Shown here: positions 28,228-39,988 of the stretch, one piece after another
How the letters are laid out: every line of letters starts with the position of its first letter
How positions within the stretch are numbered: position 1 is the first letter of the stretch
Assembly: GCA_946222675.1 (NCBI GenBank)
Contig: CAMIMA010000001.1
Span: 29,807-93,806, forward strand
DNA length: 64,000 bases
Source of the DNA: an uncultured Candidatus Saccharibacteria bacterium
Lineage (GTDB): Bacteria > Patescibacteriota > Saccharimonadia > Saccharimonadales > Saccharimonadaceae
Direction of reading: 5' to 3'
Program-made: the position numbers and the translations under genes
Notes under the pieces: generated by a model
What the model was told of the DNA's origin: nothing
Database searches by the model: none
What the model saw: only the letters and a program-made list of their open reading frames with translations

Positions 28228-28788
28228 TTACAAGTTAGAAGCTACCGTATACTCAACGAGGTCGCTGTAAGTACCGCTTGGAATTGAGTTGTCTGCCTTA
28301 AAGGTGTAAGCAACGTTGAACTCAGTAACCGAAGCTGATGGGGCGCTAGTTTTAGCAACCTCTAGCTTATCGTTGCTGTTCTTAGCTGGCATAGCCTTCT
28401 TGCTACCATTTAGAACAACACTCCAACCGAGACTGCTGGTTTCACTAATATCATCCGCGGCTGGGATAGGAGTGCCGCTAGTAGCGCCATTTAGACGTAG
28501 ATTAGTGTCATTATCGGCATCGGCTAGCTTAACTGTAAAGCCATTAGCTGGGTTACCTTCAACTTCACCCTTGGTTGCCGCGCTTTCCTTGCCGTCTAGA
28601 TTACCAGTAACAGTACCCTGACCCTGAGTAAGCTTAATAGACAAGTGTGAGCCAACCGTAACCTGAACGGTCTGCTGTGCAGAAGCACTGTCGTCAGCGT
28701 TAGCCACTGGTGCTAACACGGTTACACCGACTAGACCGAGTGCCATAGTGCCCATAGCTAGGAATGGCATAGCTTTCACAATTTTCAT
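28228..28788 (-). CDS. WxL-like small secreted protein, paralog 3.
   Basis: It begins MKIVKAMPFLAMGTMALGLVGVTVLAPVANA and ends ...GTYSDLVEYTVASNL. Confidence 0.5.
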   Translation of the reverse strand: MKIVKAMPFLAMGTMALGLVGVTVLAPVANADDSASAQQTVQVTVGSHLSIKLTQGQGTVTGNLDGKESAATKGEVEGNPANGFTVKLADADNDTNLRLNGATSGTPIPAADDISETSSLGWSVVLNGSKKAMPAKNSNDKLEVAKTSAPSASVTEFNVAYTFKADNSIPSGTYSDLVEYTVASNL

Positions 28789-28818
28789 TGTATTTATCCT
28801 CCTTTTAAACTTTTTATC

Positions 28819-28834
28819 TTAGTGTCTCCACTAA
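28819..28834. promoter_or_regulatory. Palindrome TTAGTGtctcCACTAA (copy 2) in the promoter/5' UTR of the 28228 gene.
   Basis: It is identical to the copies at 27255 and 29680. The upstream promoter TTGCGC, 16 nt spacer, TATAAT reads on the minus strand. Confidence 0.5.
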
Positions 28835-29097
28835 TTACTTTAATTATAACATAAAAATATTTAAGCGCAAGGGCTTTGATCTAATTCTAGCGTATTTTTT
28901 ACTACAAGCTAAGAGTTCAATGGTCGGCTCCTATCAAATTGGCGACTGCCACCTCAACCTACCCCCCCTGACGACTAGCTAATGACCAGCCAACGATACG
29001 AGCATTCATCACGACAAACCCGCCTTCGCAGGCTCATCACCAAATAAAATAAACTCCTCGGAGGTATGGGGAGTTTATTTATCTGCAAGTAATAGTA

Positions 29098-29646
29098 TTA
29101 GTTTACTTGGTTTGGCGATACTGTGTAAAGCACCGTGGTCTTGTAAGTACCGTTAGCGACTGAGTTGTCGGCCTTGGCTGCATATTGCACAGTGAACGTG
29201 CCGCCGCCTGGCTGGTCAGTCTTCGTTACCTGCTGGCCCTGCCCCTTTGGCATCACCTTGTGGTGAGCGCCGCCGTAGAATGCACTCCAGCCCTTGCTGA
29301 CTGTAGTGGCGTTATCAACCGCCGGAATGACCGACGCAGCACTATTGCCGTTTAAGAGCATGTCCGCATTACCACTATTATCCTCGATGGTCACAGTGTA
29401 GCCCTTCAATAAATTGCTACCGATTGTACCAGTAGTAGTTGAGCTGAGTGCGCCGTCAGGCGTGGCGGTAACATCGCTCTGGCTCAAAGAAAAGCTCAGA
29501 GTTGGCTTGATATCAACTGACACAGTCTGTGAAGCCGTGCTCTTGGCCTCTTCAGCGTTTACCACTGGAGCTAGCACAGTGGCACCCACTAAGCCGAGCG
29601 ACAAGACGCCCATTGCCAATAGCGGGAAAGCCTTAACAATTTTCAT
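29098..29646 (-). CDS. WxL-like small secreted protein, paralog 4.
   Basis: It begins MKIVKAFPLLAMGVLSLGLVGATVLAPVVNA and ends ...GTYKTTVLYTVSPNQ. Confidence 0.5.
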   Translation of the reverse strand: MKIVKAFPLLAMGVLSLGLVGATVLAPVVNAEEAKSTASQTVSVDIKPTLSFSLSQSDVTATPDGALSSTTTGTIGSNLLKGYTVTIEDNSGNADMLLNGNSAASVIPAVDNATTVSKGWSAFYGGAHHKVMPKGQGQQVTKTDQPGGGTFTVQYAAKADNSVANGTYKTTVLYTVSPNQVN

Positions 29647-29679
29647 TTTTTTGTTCCTCCTTTTTTGGGTATTTATCTC

Positions 29680-29695
29680 TTAGTGTCTCCACTAA
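29680..29695. promoter_or_regulatory. Palindrome TTAGTGtctcCACTAA (copy 3) in the promoter/5' UTR of the 29098 gene.
   Basis: It is identical to the copies at 27255 and 28819. Confidence 0.5.
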
Positions 29696-30012
29696 TTACC
29701 TCAATTATAACAAAATGACGCCATAAGCACAAGGGTTTTAATGCCAATTTTGTAGTAAATTTGTGATAAAATTAGCACCATCCCACTGCCCCGAGTGGCA
29801 CAGAGCCTTCAGAGGTAGCGCCTCCACAAGGAGCGATAACCACGCCTGACGTGTCTGGACTCATCTAAGCTGCTAAATTGCCCTAAACTCCCCGCTCACG
29901 CCGCCCTAGGCGGTAAAATTACCCCTAAACCTCATAAAACAGCACTACTAAATAAATGTTGCGGCGCGGGTGGCAAAGCCGATAGCTTCCCAGCGGCGAA
30001 AAATTGGTATTC

Positions 30013-30037
30013 AAAAAGCCCCCGCGTTAACGGAGGC
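30013..30037 (-). terminator. Rho-independent terminator following the 5S rRNA.
   Basis: The minus-strand RNA reads gcctccgttaacgcgggggc followed by UUUUU. Confidence 0.6.
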
Positions 30038-30043
30038 TTTATG

Positions 30044-30155
30044 AAATTCGGCACCGCGCTATTTTACCGCAAAGCAGTATCGTCGCCGCGGCTGGGCTTG
30101 ACTTCTGTGGTCGGAATGGGAACAGGTATAACCCCAGCGCCATGGGCACCGATGT
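30044..30155 (-). rRNA. rrf: 5S ribosomal RNA (boundaries approximate).
   Basis: The minus-strand sequence ...ACCUGUUCCCAUUCCGACCACAGAAGUCAAGCCCAGCCGCGGCGACGAUACU... aligns to the 5S loop B/C consensus (CCGUUCCCAUACCGAACACGGAAGUUAAGC). Confidence 0.6.
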
Positions 30156-30290
30156 TAATATCTATCGCAATAGATACTAGCATCGATACCCATAGAGGTC
30201 GATGTTATATTCAATCAAAGATTGACGTTTGAGTTAAACACTCAACTACCAATTCAGCCTACTTGAGTTAAGTTATCGCATTCGCTATAC

Positions 30291-33280
<2,990 letters not shown>

Positions 33281-34036
33281 ATGCATTGACTGAATCGGTA
33301 GTTGAGTCTTTAACAAAGTTATTAACACAACTTGCCGTCAATCCTTACATAACATGTTGTCGAATTCTAATTATTTGCATAACTAGAATATCATCATCAT
33401 ATTTCTTACGATTGAATATAAATTGTTAAATTGCAGTGCGTTACAAGACGAATCAGCACGAAGTGCTAATTTATCTCTCCTAGAACACACATTAGAACCC
33501 TGCTCTGACTGCACAAATAATTATTTGGTCATCATTTGCGCTAGAGAAGACCTCCATCTGCGTTCTAGCTATTTAATTGTAACAAACTTTTAAAATGTTT
33601 GCAACACCTTTTTTAATTAATTTTGGCGATTTTATTTGCCGCAATTAATTAACTGTTAAACTGTGCGAAGACGGTAAAAGTCACGGCTTTGGCGGTTCAG
33701 CCCACAGAACAATTATTGCTGAATTTAGACCGTCCGAAAACTGTAATTTTTTTACTGATGGCGCCTAGCGAATCCGCTCGGCGTACCCTCGCAGCTTTTG
33801 TCATTGGTTCCCGCAGAACTTAACTAACTGTTAAATATCTTAGCAAACCCCACCCCGCCTGTCAACACTTTTTTGGACTTTTTGTGAGAATTTGCGCGAA
33901 TTTGTGGGAATTATTGTGTGGGTGCCGCAGGATGGTTATATATATAATTATATATATACGCGACACCTATATATAAGTATCAAGCACCCGTGAGTGCTTG
34001 ATACTTAGGATAGCTCTTAAACGTGATAGGAGCACA

Positions 34037-36226
34037 TTAGTCTTGCGCCGTCGGCGCGAGCGCGACGCGGAACGCGTCGGCTCCATCGTAGTAACTACTA
34101 GGAGCGTAACCAAAAATCCTATTCACATCAAACAATCCAGCACTCAAACCATGCATCCAACTACCGCCACGGCTAGACCAAGGATAGGATGTGCCATCCT
34201 GCTCTACGAAATAGGCTGCTTGGTTGAGCCACATGTTGCTTCCAACACTACTTGAACCGTTATGGGTTTCGTAGAGGGCTTGACCACCACAGGTTTGATA
34301 TGTACAAAAGTTAAAGCCCTTAAAGTTATATGTATTGACGTATGGTGGATGAGCCGCTGAATCAAAGTAGTTAGTGTTTGAGTTGTTTAGGTTATCGCTA
34401 TAACTAGCTGCTACATATTCGTAACCACCACCAGCCATGTCATAAATGCCGGTTGGATTGTTAGTGGTACTGGCAAGTTGGCCAAGAGTACCGTTGTAGG
34501 AACGTTGTGGATTATCCATACTACAAGCTTGCTGAGTACCGAGATTACCTACACTAATACCCATATGCTTTACCTCTAACAAATCGCCAACGTTACCGTT
34601 GCCATAGCTATCAGTATTGCCATTTTCCCATGGACCACAACCTGTAACACTATACGTATACCCATAAGTAGTATGCTTTATACCACTGGAATTAATTTGA
34701 ACCTTATCATATCCGGCACCATATTTGCTAGCAGAAAGATATGTAGTAGCACCCCAGTCATTGTTGTTAACCATATGAGAACTGAGATTAATCAGATGAT
34801 GACTATTCTGAGTAGTAGAAATACTACTACCACCAACGTTTCGTGGATCATATACACCGAAAGACTTAGCTACTGAATATAAATTACCAATGCTATTGAT
34901 TCCTCTATATTGACCAGAAATATGGGCTTCATTTGGTAAGACAGTTGGTTGATCTGCAGTGCCTGTCGTTTCAAACTTCGCAATCCAGATGCCATTGAGT
35001 TCCTTACTGCCGAAGGTAAAGGCTGGATGAGTGCTCCATGTGGAAACCTCCCCGCCCAGCAGAGGCAATTCGCGGCTAACGTTACACTCGGTGCGGTAGT
35101 CCTTGCCTTTGCCCGTCTTACAGGCTAGTGGACGCTTCTTTGGAGTTTTAGTGTTTTCAAATTTAATATCAAAATTCTGCTCTTTAACCGGTTTATCCGT
35201 ACCGTCACGCCGCATCACCTCGTAGGTGTAGCGCGGAATATAGACCCAGAAACCGAGAATATCAGCTTGGTCTACTACCTTACTAAAGCCACGGTATTTA
35301 CTGAGAGCTTCTGGCTTGACAGTAATAGCATTTGCCCATTGTTTGTTAGCGTAATCATACCAGCCGCTGTTGGCTGCTTCTGGGTCGGCGACACTGGTCC
35401 ACTGGGCGTTAGTGGTGCTGCCAGTGTACTTGACTGGAATCATGTTGTGGTCAAGGGTGACGAGACAAGAACTGTCAGTGTTCCCTGCCTCGCAAGTCTC
35501 AGATGGGTTGGCCTTGGCAGTACGCTGTGGCCAATCAACTGGCTTTGGTGCTGGTTTCGCCGTTGCCGTATAGGTAACCGTAGTAGAGTACTTGCCGGCA
35601 GCAAGGCTATTCAGTGCAATGGCAGCGCCAAAGGTCATGTGCACTTCACACTGCTTTTTACCTTTGCAGCCAGCATTGTCGTATTCTGATGCCGTGTCAA
35701 CAATCACGCTCGGTGCTTCATCACCAGCCGGAACACGCATAAACCCGCTTGGTCTAAACTCCGTACCATAGCTCTCTTCCAACCGATATCCCCATATATT
35801 CGAATTCGCGTTCATCCCCATTAATATCTCCGCCTGATCCATGCCTTTAATCCGGTGTCGGCTATCTAGAGTATTGACTAAGTCTGCACTATCCGCATGG
35901 ATAGTCAAGTTGAATCCGCGTGGCTTGGCGGTTTTAATATTCACGGGCGTGGTGGCCTCATGCAAATAAGAATCAGCCGAAGGCTTAAGGTCGGCATCCG
36001 AGCCGATGGTAAGCTCGACGGTATTGTCGTCGGTGGCGTGGACTGGCGTAGTGAGGATGAACGGTGTTATGGCGAGCGCAAGAGCACTAAACGCAACCCC
36101 GCGGGCGAGAGTCTCTAATGTAGGTGCGCAGAACGCACGTCCTGTTCTGGCGGTATAGCGGTTAGTCGTGTAGGTAATACTACTTAATTGGCTCTGCTTT
36201 TGGCGACTACTGTTTTTGCTCTTCAT
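34037..36226 (-). CDS. Large secreted surface protein of family B (shared N-terminal domain plus FGE-sulfatase-like C-terminal domain), inserted between tRNA-Ile and the 23S rRNA.
   Basis: 729 aa with an AGGAGA ribosome-binding site. The signal anchor is ...FSALALAITPFILTTPVHA. It carries the conserved blocks PVKYTGSTTNAQWTSVADPEAANSGWYDYANKQWANA and HPAFTFGSKELNGIWIAKFETTG, and the C-terminus RGGSWMHGLSAGLFDVNRIFGYAPSSYYDGADAFRVALAP matches the FGE-domain ending (RGGSW...GFRCA). Confidence 0.7.
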   Translation of the reverse strand: MKSKNSSRQKQSQLSSITYTTNRYTARTGRAFCAPTLETLARGVAFSALALAITPFILTTPVHATDDNTVELTIGSDADLKPSADSYLHEATTPVNIKTAKPRGFNLTIHADSADLVNTLDSRHRIKGMDQAEILMGMNANSNIWGYRLEESYGTEFRPSGFMRVPAGDEAPSVIVDTASEYDNAGCKGKKQCEVHMTFGAAIALNSLAAGKYSTTVTYTATAKPAPKPVDWPQRTAKANPSETCEAGNTDSSCLVTLDHNMIPVKYTGSTTNAQWTSVADPEAANSGWYDYANKQWANAITVKPEALSKYRGFSKVVDQADILGFWVYIPRYTYEVMRRDGTDKPVKEQNFDIKFENTKTPKKRPLACKTGKGKDYRTECNVSRELPLLGGEVSTWSTHPAFTFGSKELNGIWIAKFETTGTADQPTVLPNEAHISGQYRGINSIGNLYSVAKSFGVYDPRNVGGSSISTTQNSHHLINLSSHMVNNNDWGATTYLSASKYGAGYDKVQINSSGIKHTTYGYTYSVTGCGPWENGNTDSYGNGNVGDLLEVKHMGISVGNLGTQQACSMDNPQRSYNGTLGQLASTTNNPTGIYDMAGGGYEYVAASYSDNLNNSNTNYFDSAAHPPYVNTYNFKGFNFCTYQTCGGQALYETHNGSSSVGSNMWLNQAAYFVEQDGTSYPWSSRGGSWMHGLSAGLFDVNRIFGYAPSSYYDGADAFRVALAPTAQD

Positions 36227-36460
36227 TTGGTTGTTCTCCTCTTTGCTTTTATATCCGCCACCACCGGCTAGATACTTGCATTATAACATAGGCGCAATCG
36301 ATTCACCAAATTCATCCCTGCTCTACCAAATAAAAAGTGCAGCAGATAACTGCTGCACTGGGAGTTGAATTATGGGCATTTGTGCCGCAGATTGGTTGAG
36401 GCTATGAGCCCCACTTCACTTCAGAAGATGTCGCACGCGGCCAAATTGTTTCAACTGCTG

Positions 36461-36739
36461 CTAGCCAGCTTCGTCATACTCACTACTGTAGTGGTACAAG
36501 TCGACTTTGATGTGTGACGGCTGGTCGCCCGCGTACCAGATGTGGTAGCGCAGCACTATATTGCCGTGCCGTTTGTCGCGGTCGAGATATTCGACCCACG
36601 TATCGTCCTGATTGGCTCGCTCCAGCAAACAGTTCGCGCCGTACCAGATGTCACTCTCACTGATGGGGTATCTCAGATAAAATTCTGGTGAGGTACGTTG
36701 TCCAAAATCTAGCTCATCCATGTATCCAATACTCAACAT
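36461..36739 (-). CDS. Small cytoplasmic hypothetical protein (92 aa), aromatic-rich, lying between two surface-protein genes.
   Basis: The ORF has a strong AGGAGGG ribosome-binding site and its own terminator at 36335-36362. No signal peptide is present. Confidence 0.5.
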   Translation of the reverse strand: MLSIGYMDELDFGQRTSPEFYLRYPISESDIWYGANCLLERANQDDTWVEYLDRDKRHGNIVLRYHIWYAGDQPSHIKVDLYHYSSEYDEAG

Positions 36740-36981
36740 TGTCCCTCCTAATGTACTTGACCGTTAGGCGTCACCCCCGCCCACCTGCCGCGGGCTTAAC
36801 TATTATAGCAGAATGGAAAGATAAGACTATGTATAAATTGCCTGTGCGCTGCACAGGTAGCACAGCGGGATTAATTCGACAAATAAAAATGCCCCTCCAA
36901 TGGAAGGGCTAATAAGTGGACTATGTGCTCAATTAATACTAAGATTTTAAGTGGTGTTGGTAGTGCCAATAGTGTCCGACT

Positions 36982-38208
36982 CTAGTAACATGGCGACCCA
37001 ATCGCCTCAGCAAGAGTGTCGGCAACTTTCTTAGCGTCGGAACTAGCATAACCCTGCAACTCATCTACCTGACGACAGTCGTAATAGTACTCGTGATCGT
37101 GGTCGTAATAGTGATTACACTTCGACTCGTCCGGCACATTAGTACAGCCCATTGCATGCAGACCAACCCAGAAGCCATTGTCGTATTCCGCAAAACTATC
37201 TAAAAGACCTCCAACGTCACTATATTCACATTTATGAGTTGTGGTATCTACTGAACCGCAAAAATTTATATAGTTACCTTGCCTAGAATAAACTGGAACG
37301 AAAGCAAATACTTTAACCATGTCATCCAAGTCTAACTTAACTGATTCTGCAGTAGAACCGTTCCTATATATAGACAAATACTTCTGTTCGCCAGACTTAG
37401 TCAAAATGGCAATATGTGCCCAGGTCGCACGGTAATAAGTACTGTAGTCAAACCAATTATTTCGTTTCCATGCAGTAGCCTTAATCGCATACCATGAATC
37501 GTCCTTCCATACAACCATTACAGTATTTCCACGGTTACTGAAAGCAGCGCAATTATGCCAATCACCATTACTGTAATAGCATCCATTAGTCGTCCACTTT
37601 GGTGGCTCTGGTGCTGGTGGGGTCGGCGGAACGTATGGCTCGGGGTCTGGTGCGGGCGGTACGTATGGCGCAGGTTTGCTAGTGGCGGTGTAAGTTAACG
37701 TTGTAGAGTAATAACCAGAAGCGCTTTTCTTGGGTTCAATATTAGCGCCGAAAGTAATTGGAATACCGCAATATGAGACTCTATCACATACACCCTTTAC
37801 TTCATTTGTTACGTTTGCTAATATTGCAGCATTGTACGATGAACTCGGTATTTCATTAAAAGTACCACTGTCACCTGTCATACTGTAGCCCCACTGGTTA
37901 GCGCCAAGATATCTATTATGTCCCGAAACACTATTAATTACATAGTTTGAGTCACTACTGTTAACTAGGTTAGGATTATTGGCATACATACTGAGCGTAA
38001 AGCCGTAACTATTACTGTTGTCTACAGTAACAACGTTTTTGTAGTGGAGATATTTGCCGCTACCGCGCAATGTAGCGTTTGCTGTATCAAGGCTGATACT
38101 AATGTTGTCTGCGTGGGCTGGCGCGGCGAAACCTAGCAGGGTTATCGCGAGAGCGATAAGGCTTAAAAATCTACCCCCCCCGCAGCTATTTGGTCTTAGT
38201 ATGCTCAT
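36982..38208 (-). CDS. Secreted surface protein: family B shared N-terminal domain fused to a Cys-rich C-terminal domain of unknown function. A G8 tract lies in the signal peptide.
   Basis: The likely start is the second ATG (MSILRPNSCGGGRFLSLIALAITLLGFAAPAHA), with GGAGGA 10 nt upstream. The N-terminal domain contains GFTLSMYANNPNLVNSSDSNYVI...ANQWGYSMTG. The C-terminal domain is PPKWTTNGCYYSNGDWHNC...ATWAHIAILT...GSPCY. Confidence 0.7.
   Translation of the reverse strand: MSILRPNSCGGGRFLSLIALAITLLGFAAPAHADNISISLDTANATLRGSGKYLHYKNVVTVDNSNSYGFTLSMYANNPNLVNSSDSNYVINSVSGHNRYLGANQWGYSMTGDSGTFNEIPSSSYNAAILANVTNEVKGVCDRVSYCGIPITFGANIEPKKSASGYYSTTLTYTATSKPAPYVPPAPDPEPYVPPTPPAPEPPKWTTNGCYYSNGDWHNCAAFSNRGNTVMVVWKDDSWYAIKATAWKRNNWFDYSTYYRATWAHIAILTKSGEQKYLSIYRNGSTAESVKLDLDDMVKVFAFVPVYSRQGNYINFCGSVDTTTHKCEYSDVGGLLDSFAEYDNGFWVGLHAMGCTNVPDESKCNHYYDHDHEYYYDCRQVDELQGYASSDAKKVADTLAEAIGSPCY
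38174..38181. repeat. Homopolymeric C8 (G8 on the coding strand) encoding GGG in the signal peptide of the 36982..38208 gene; in frame.
   Basis: Read directly from the sequence. Confidence 0.9.
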
Positions 38209-38318
38209 ATTGTTTTTGTCCTCCATTTTTTACACCAATTTTCTAGATACCTGCATTATAACACAAGCGGGATAAAATACCAAACAAAAGCGCCCCTTGC
38301 GGGACGCTCAATAATTTC

Positions 38319-38395
38319 TGGTGGGCGGTTCAGGACTTGAACCTGAGACCTCGTCATTATCAGTGACGCGCTCTAACCAACTGAGCTAATCGCCC
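38319..38395 (-). tRNA. tRNA-Ile (anticodon GAU).
   Basis: The minus strand reads GGGCGATTAGCTCAGTTGGTTAGAGCGCGTCACTGATAATGACGAGGTCTCAGGTTCAAGTCCTGAACCGCCCACCA, a cloverleaf with anticodon loop CTGATAA and an encoded CCA. Confidence 0.9.
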
Positions 38396-38401
38396 ACAGC
38401 G

Positions 38402-38478
38402 TGGTGGAGATAAAGAGACTCGAACTCTTGACCCCCTGCTTGCAAAGCAGGTGCTCTAGCCAACTGAGCTATATCCCC
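38402..38478 (-). tRNA. tRNA-Ala (anticodon UGC), with the G3:U70 identity pair.
   Basis: The minus strand reads GGGGATATAGCTCAGTTGGCTAGAGCACCTGCTTTGCAAGCAGGGGGTCAAGAGTTCGAGTCTCTTTATCTCCACCA. Confidence 0.9.
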
Positions 38479-38624
38479 ATGCCGAGCTTCTACTATGTAG
38501 ACTATAACTAGTCTACACTATCCGCGCAGCAATTGCAATAGTATTGTATTAGTTCAATACATTTAGGATTTTTGGGTTCCGTTGCAAGATATGGAGTTAC
38601 GTATTGTGGGGTTGCCCGACAACT

Positions 38625-39793
38625 CTAATAGCACGGCGACCCAAGCGCCTCGGCAAGAGTATCAGCAACCTTCTTGGCGTCAGAACCATGATAATCCTGC
38701 AACGCATCTAGATTATCATCACATCTGTAATCACACTTCGACTCGTCCGGCGCATTGGTGCAGCCCATTGCATGCAGGCCAACCCAGAATCCAGCGCCAG
38801 AGTTATCGCCATAAGACTTCATACTCTCATTAAAAGTACTTCCAACATCACTGTATTCACATTCATGAGTGGTTGTATCTACATAACCGCAAAAATTTAT
38901 ATAGTTACCTTGCCTAGAATAAGCTGGAACGAAAGCAAGTATTTTAATTATGTCATTCGAGTCTAACTTAACTAATTCGTGCCCATGTATAGATAAATAC
39001 TTCTGCTCGCCAGACTCAGTCAAAATGGCAGCATGCGCCCAAGTCGCATGGTAATAAGTGTAAGTTCTGTAATTAAACCAACCACTCCATGTAGCATAAC
39101 CAAACCCATACCATGAATTGTCCTTCCATACAACTGGCCTAGCATATGTATCTGTAGGCATCCCGACAGTGCAATTATGCCAATCACCATTACTGTAATA
39201 GCATCCATTAGTCGTCCACTTTGGCGGCTCTGGCGCTGGAGCTGGTGGGGTTGGTGGCACATATGGTGCTGGCTTACTGGTGGCAGTGTAGGTTAGACTG
39301 GTGCTGTAGCTGCCAGTTGGTAGGCGCTTCTGGTCTAGGTTGGCGCCAAAGGTAAGATAGAGTGTGCAATCGTCAACACTGGTGCAGTTCCCTTTGCTGT
39401 AGCTGGTGACGTCGGCAAGGGTTGCGGATGAGACTGAATTGAACGTAGTAGCATCCTTGCCCATGCCGTAACCCCATTGATTAGCAGCAAGTTGCTGGTT
39501 GGTGCCAGATACGGAGCCTATTTTATAAGTGGAGTCTTTATCGTTTACCAGATTAGGTTGGTTAGCATGCATGCTGAGTGTAAAGCCATAGGTGTTGCTG
39601 TTACGTACTCGCACGCTACTGTTGTGTTTGTAGAGGTTGCCACTACGCTGCAGGGTAACAGTGGTCGTGTCGAGGTCGATTGAGATGTTGTCCGCGTGGG
39701 CTGGCACCGCAAAGCCTAGCAGGATTATCGCGAGAGCGACAAGACTTAAAAATCTACCCCCCCCCCGCAGCTGTCTAGTCGTAATTTATTCAT
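38625..39793 (-). pseudogene. Paralog of the 36982 surface protein (shared N-terminal domain plus Cys-rich C-terminal domain) that is frame-shifted in its signal-peptide region by a G10 tract; a phase-OFF contingency gene.
   Basis: The ATG at 39791-39793 gives MNKLRLDSC, then G10 leads to a stop (ggg ggg ggg gta gat ttt taa). With G8 or G11 the read-through ...GGGRFLSLVALAIILLGFAVPAHADNISI joins the 360 aa ORF 38625..39707. Confidence 0.75.
39757..39766. repeat. Homopolymeric C10 (G10 on the coding strand) causing the frameshift in the 38625 paralog.
   Basis: Read directly: 4 C at 39757-60 plus 6 C at 39761-66. Confidence 0.9.
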
Positions 39794-39988
39794 GTTGTTT
39801 GTCCTCCATTTTTACACCAATTTTCTAGATATCTGCATTATAACACAAGCGGGATAATTTACCAAGCATTTCGCGACGATACAACTAAATGGCTAGGCAA
39901 CGGGCGGCAGCCCTCTGCCACCCGCGCACGAACGCATCTACTAAACCGACACCCTCACCAACCAGCGTCTAAAGCCTTCGCTGCCCTG

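Noticed and set aside
28962-28968. C7 homopolymer upstream of the WxL-like paralog 3.
   Set aside because: It is only 7 nt and lies about 100 nt upstream of the -35 element, in no defined promoter or coding position. It may be a remnant and I did not count it as a contingency tract.
33300-34036. An AT-rich region of about 700 nt upstream of the 23S gene with repeated TTAATTAACTGTTAAA motifs, considered as a mobile element or pseudogene.
   Set aside because: It is most simply the 23S leader or promoter region plus the strong terminator hairpin of the 34037 gene (33971-34002). It has no ORF and no terminal inverted repeats.
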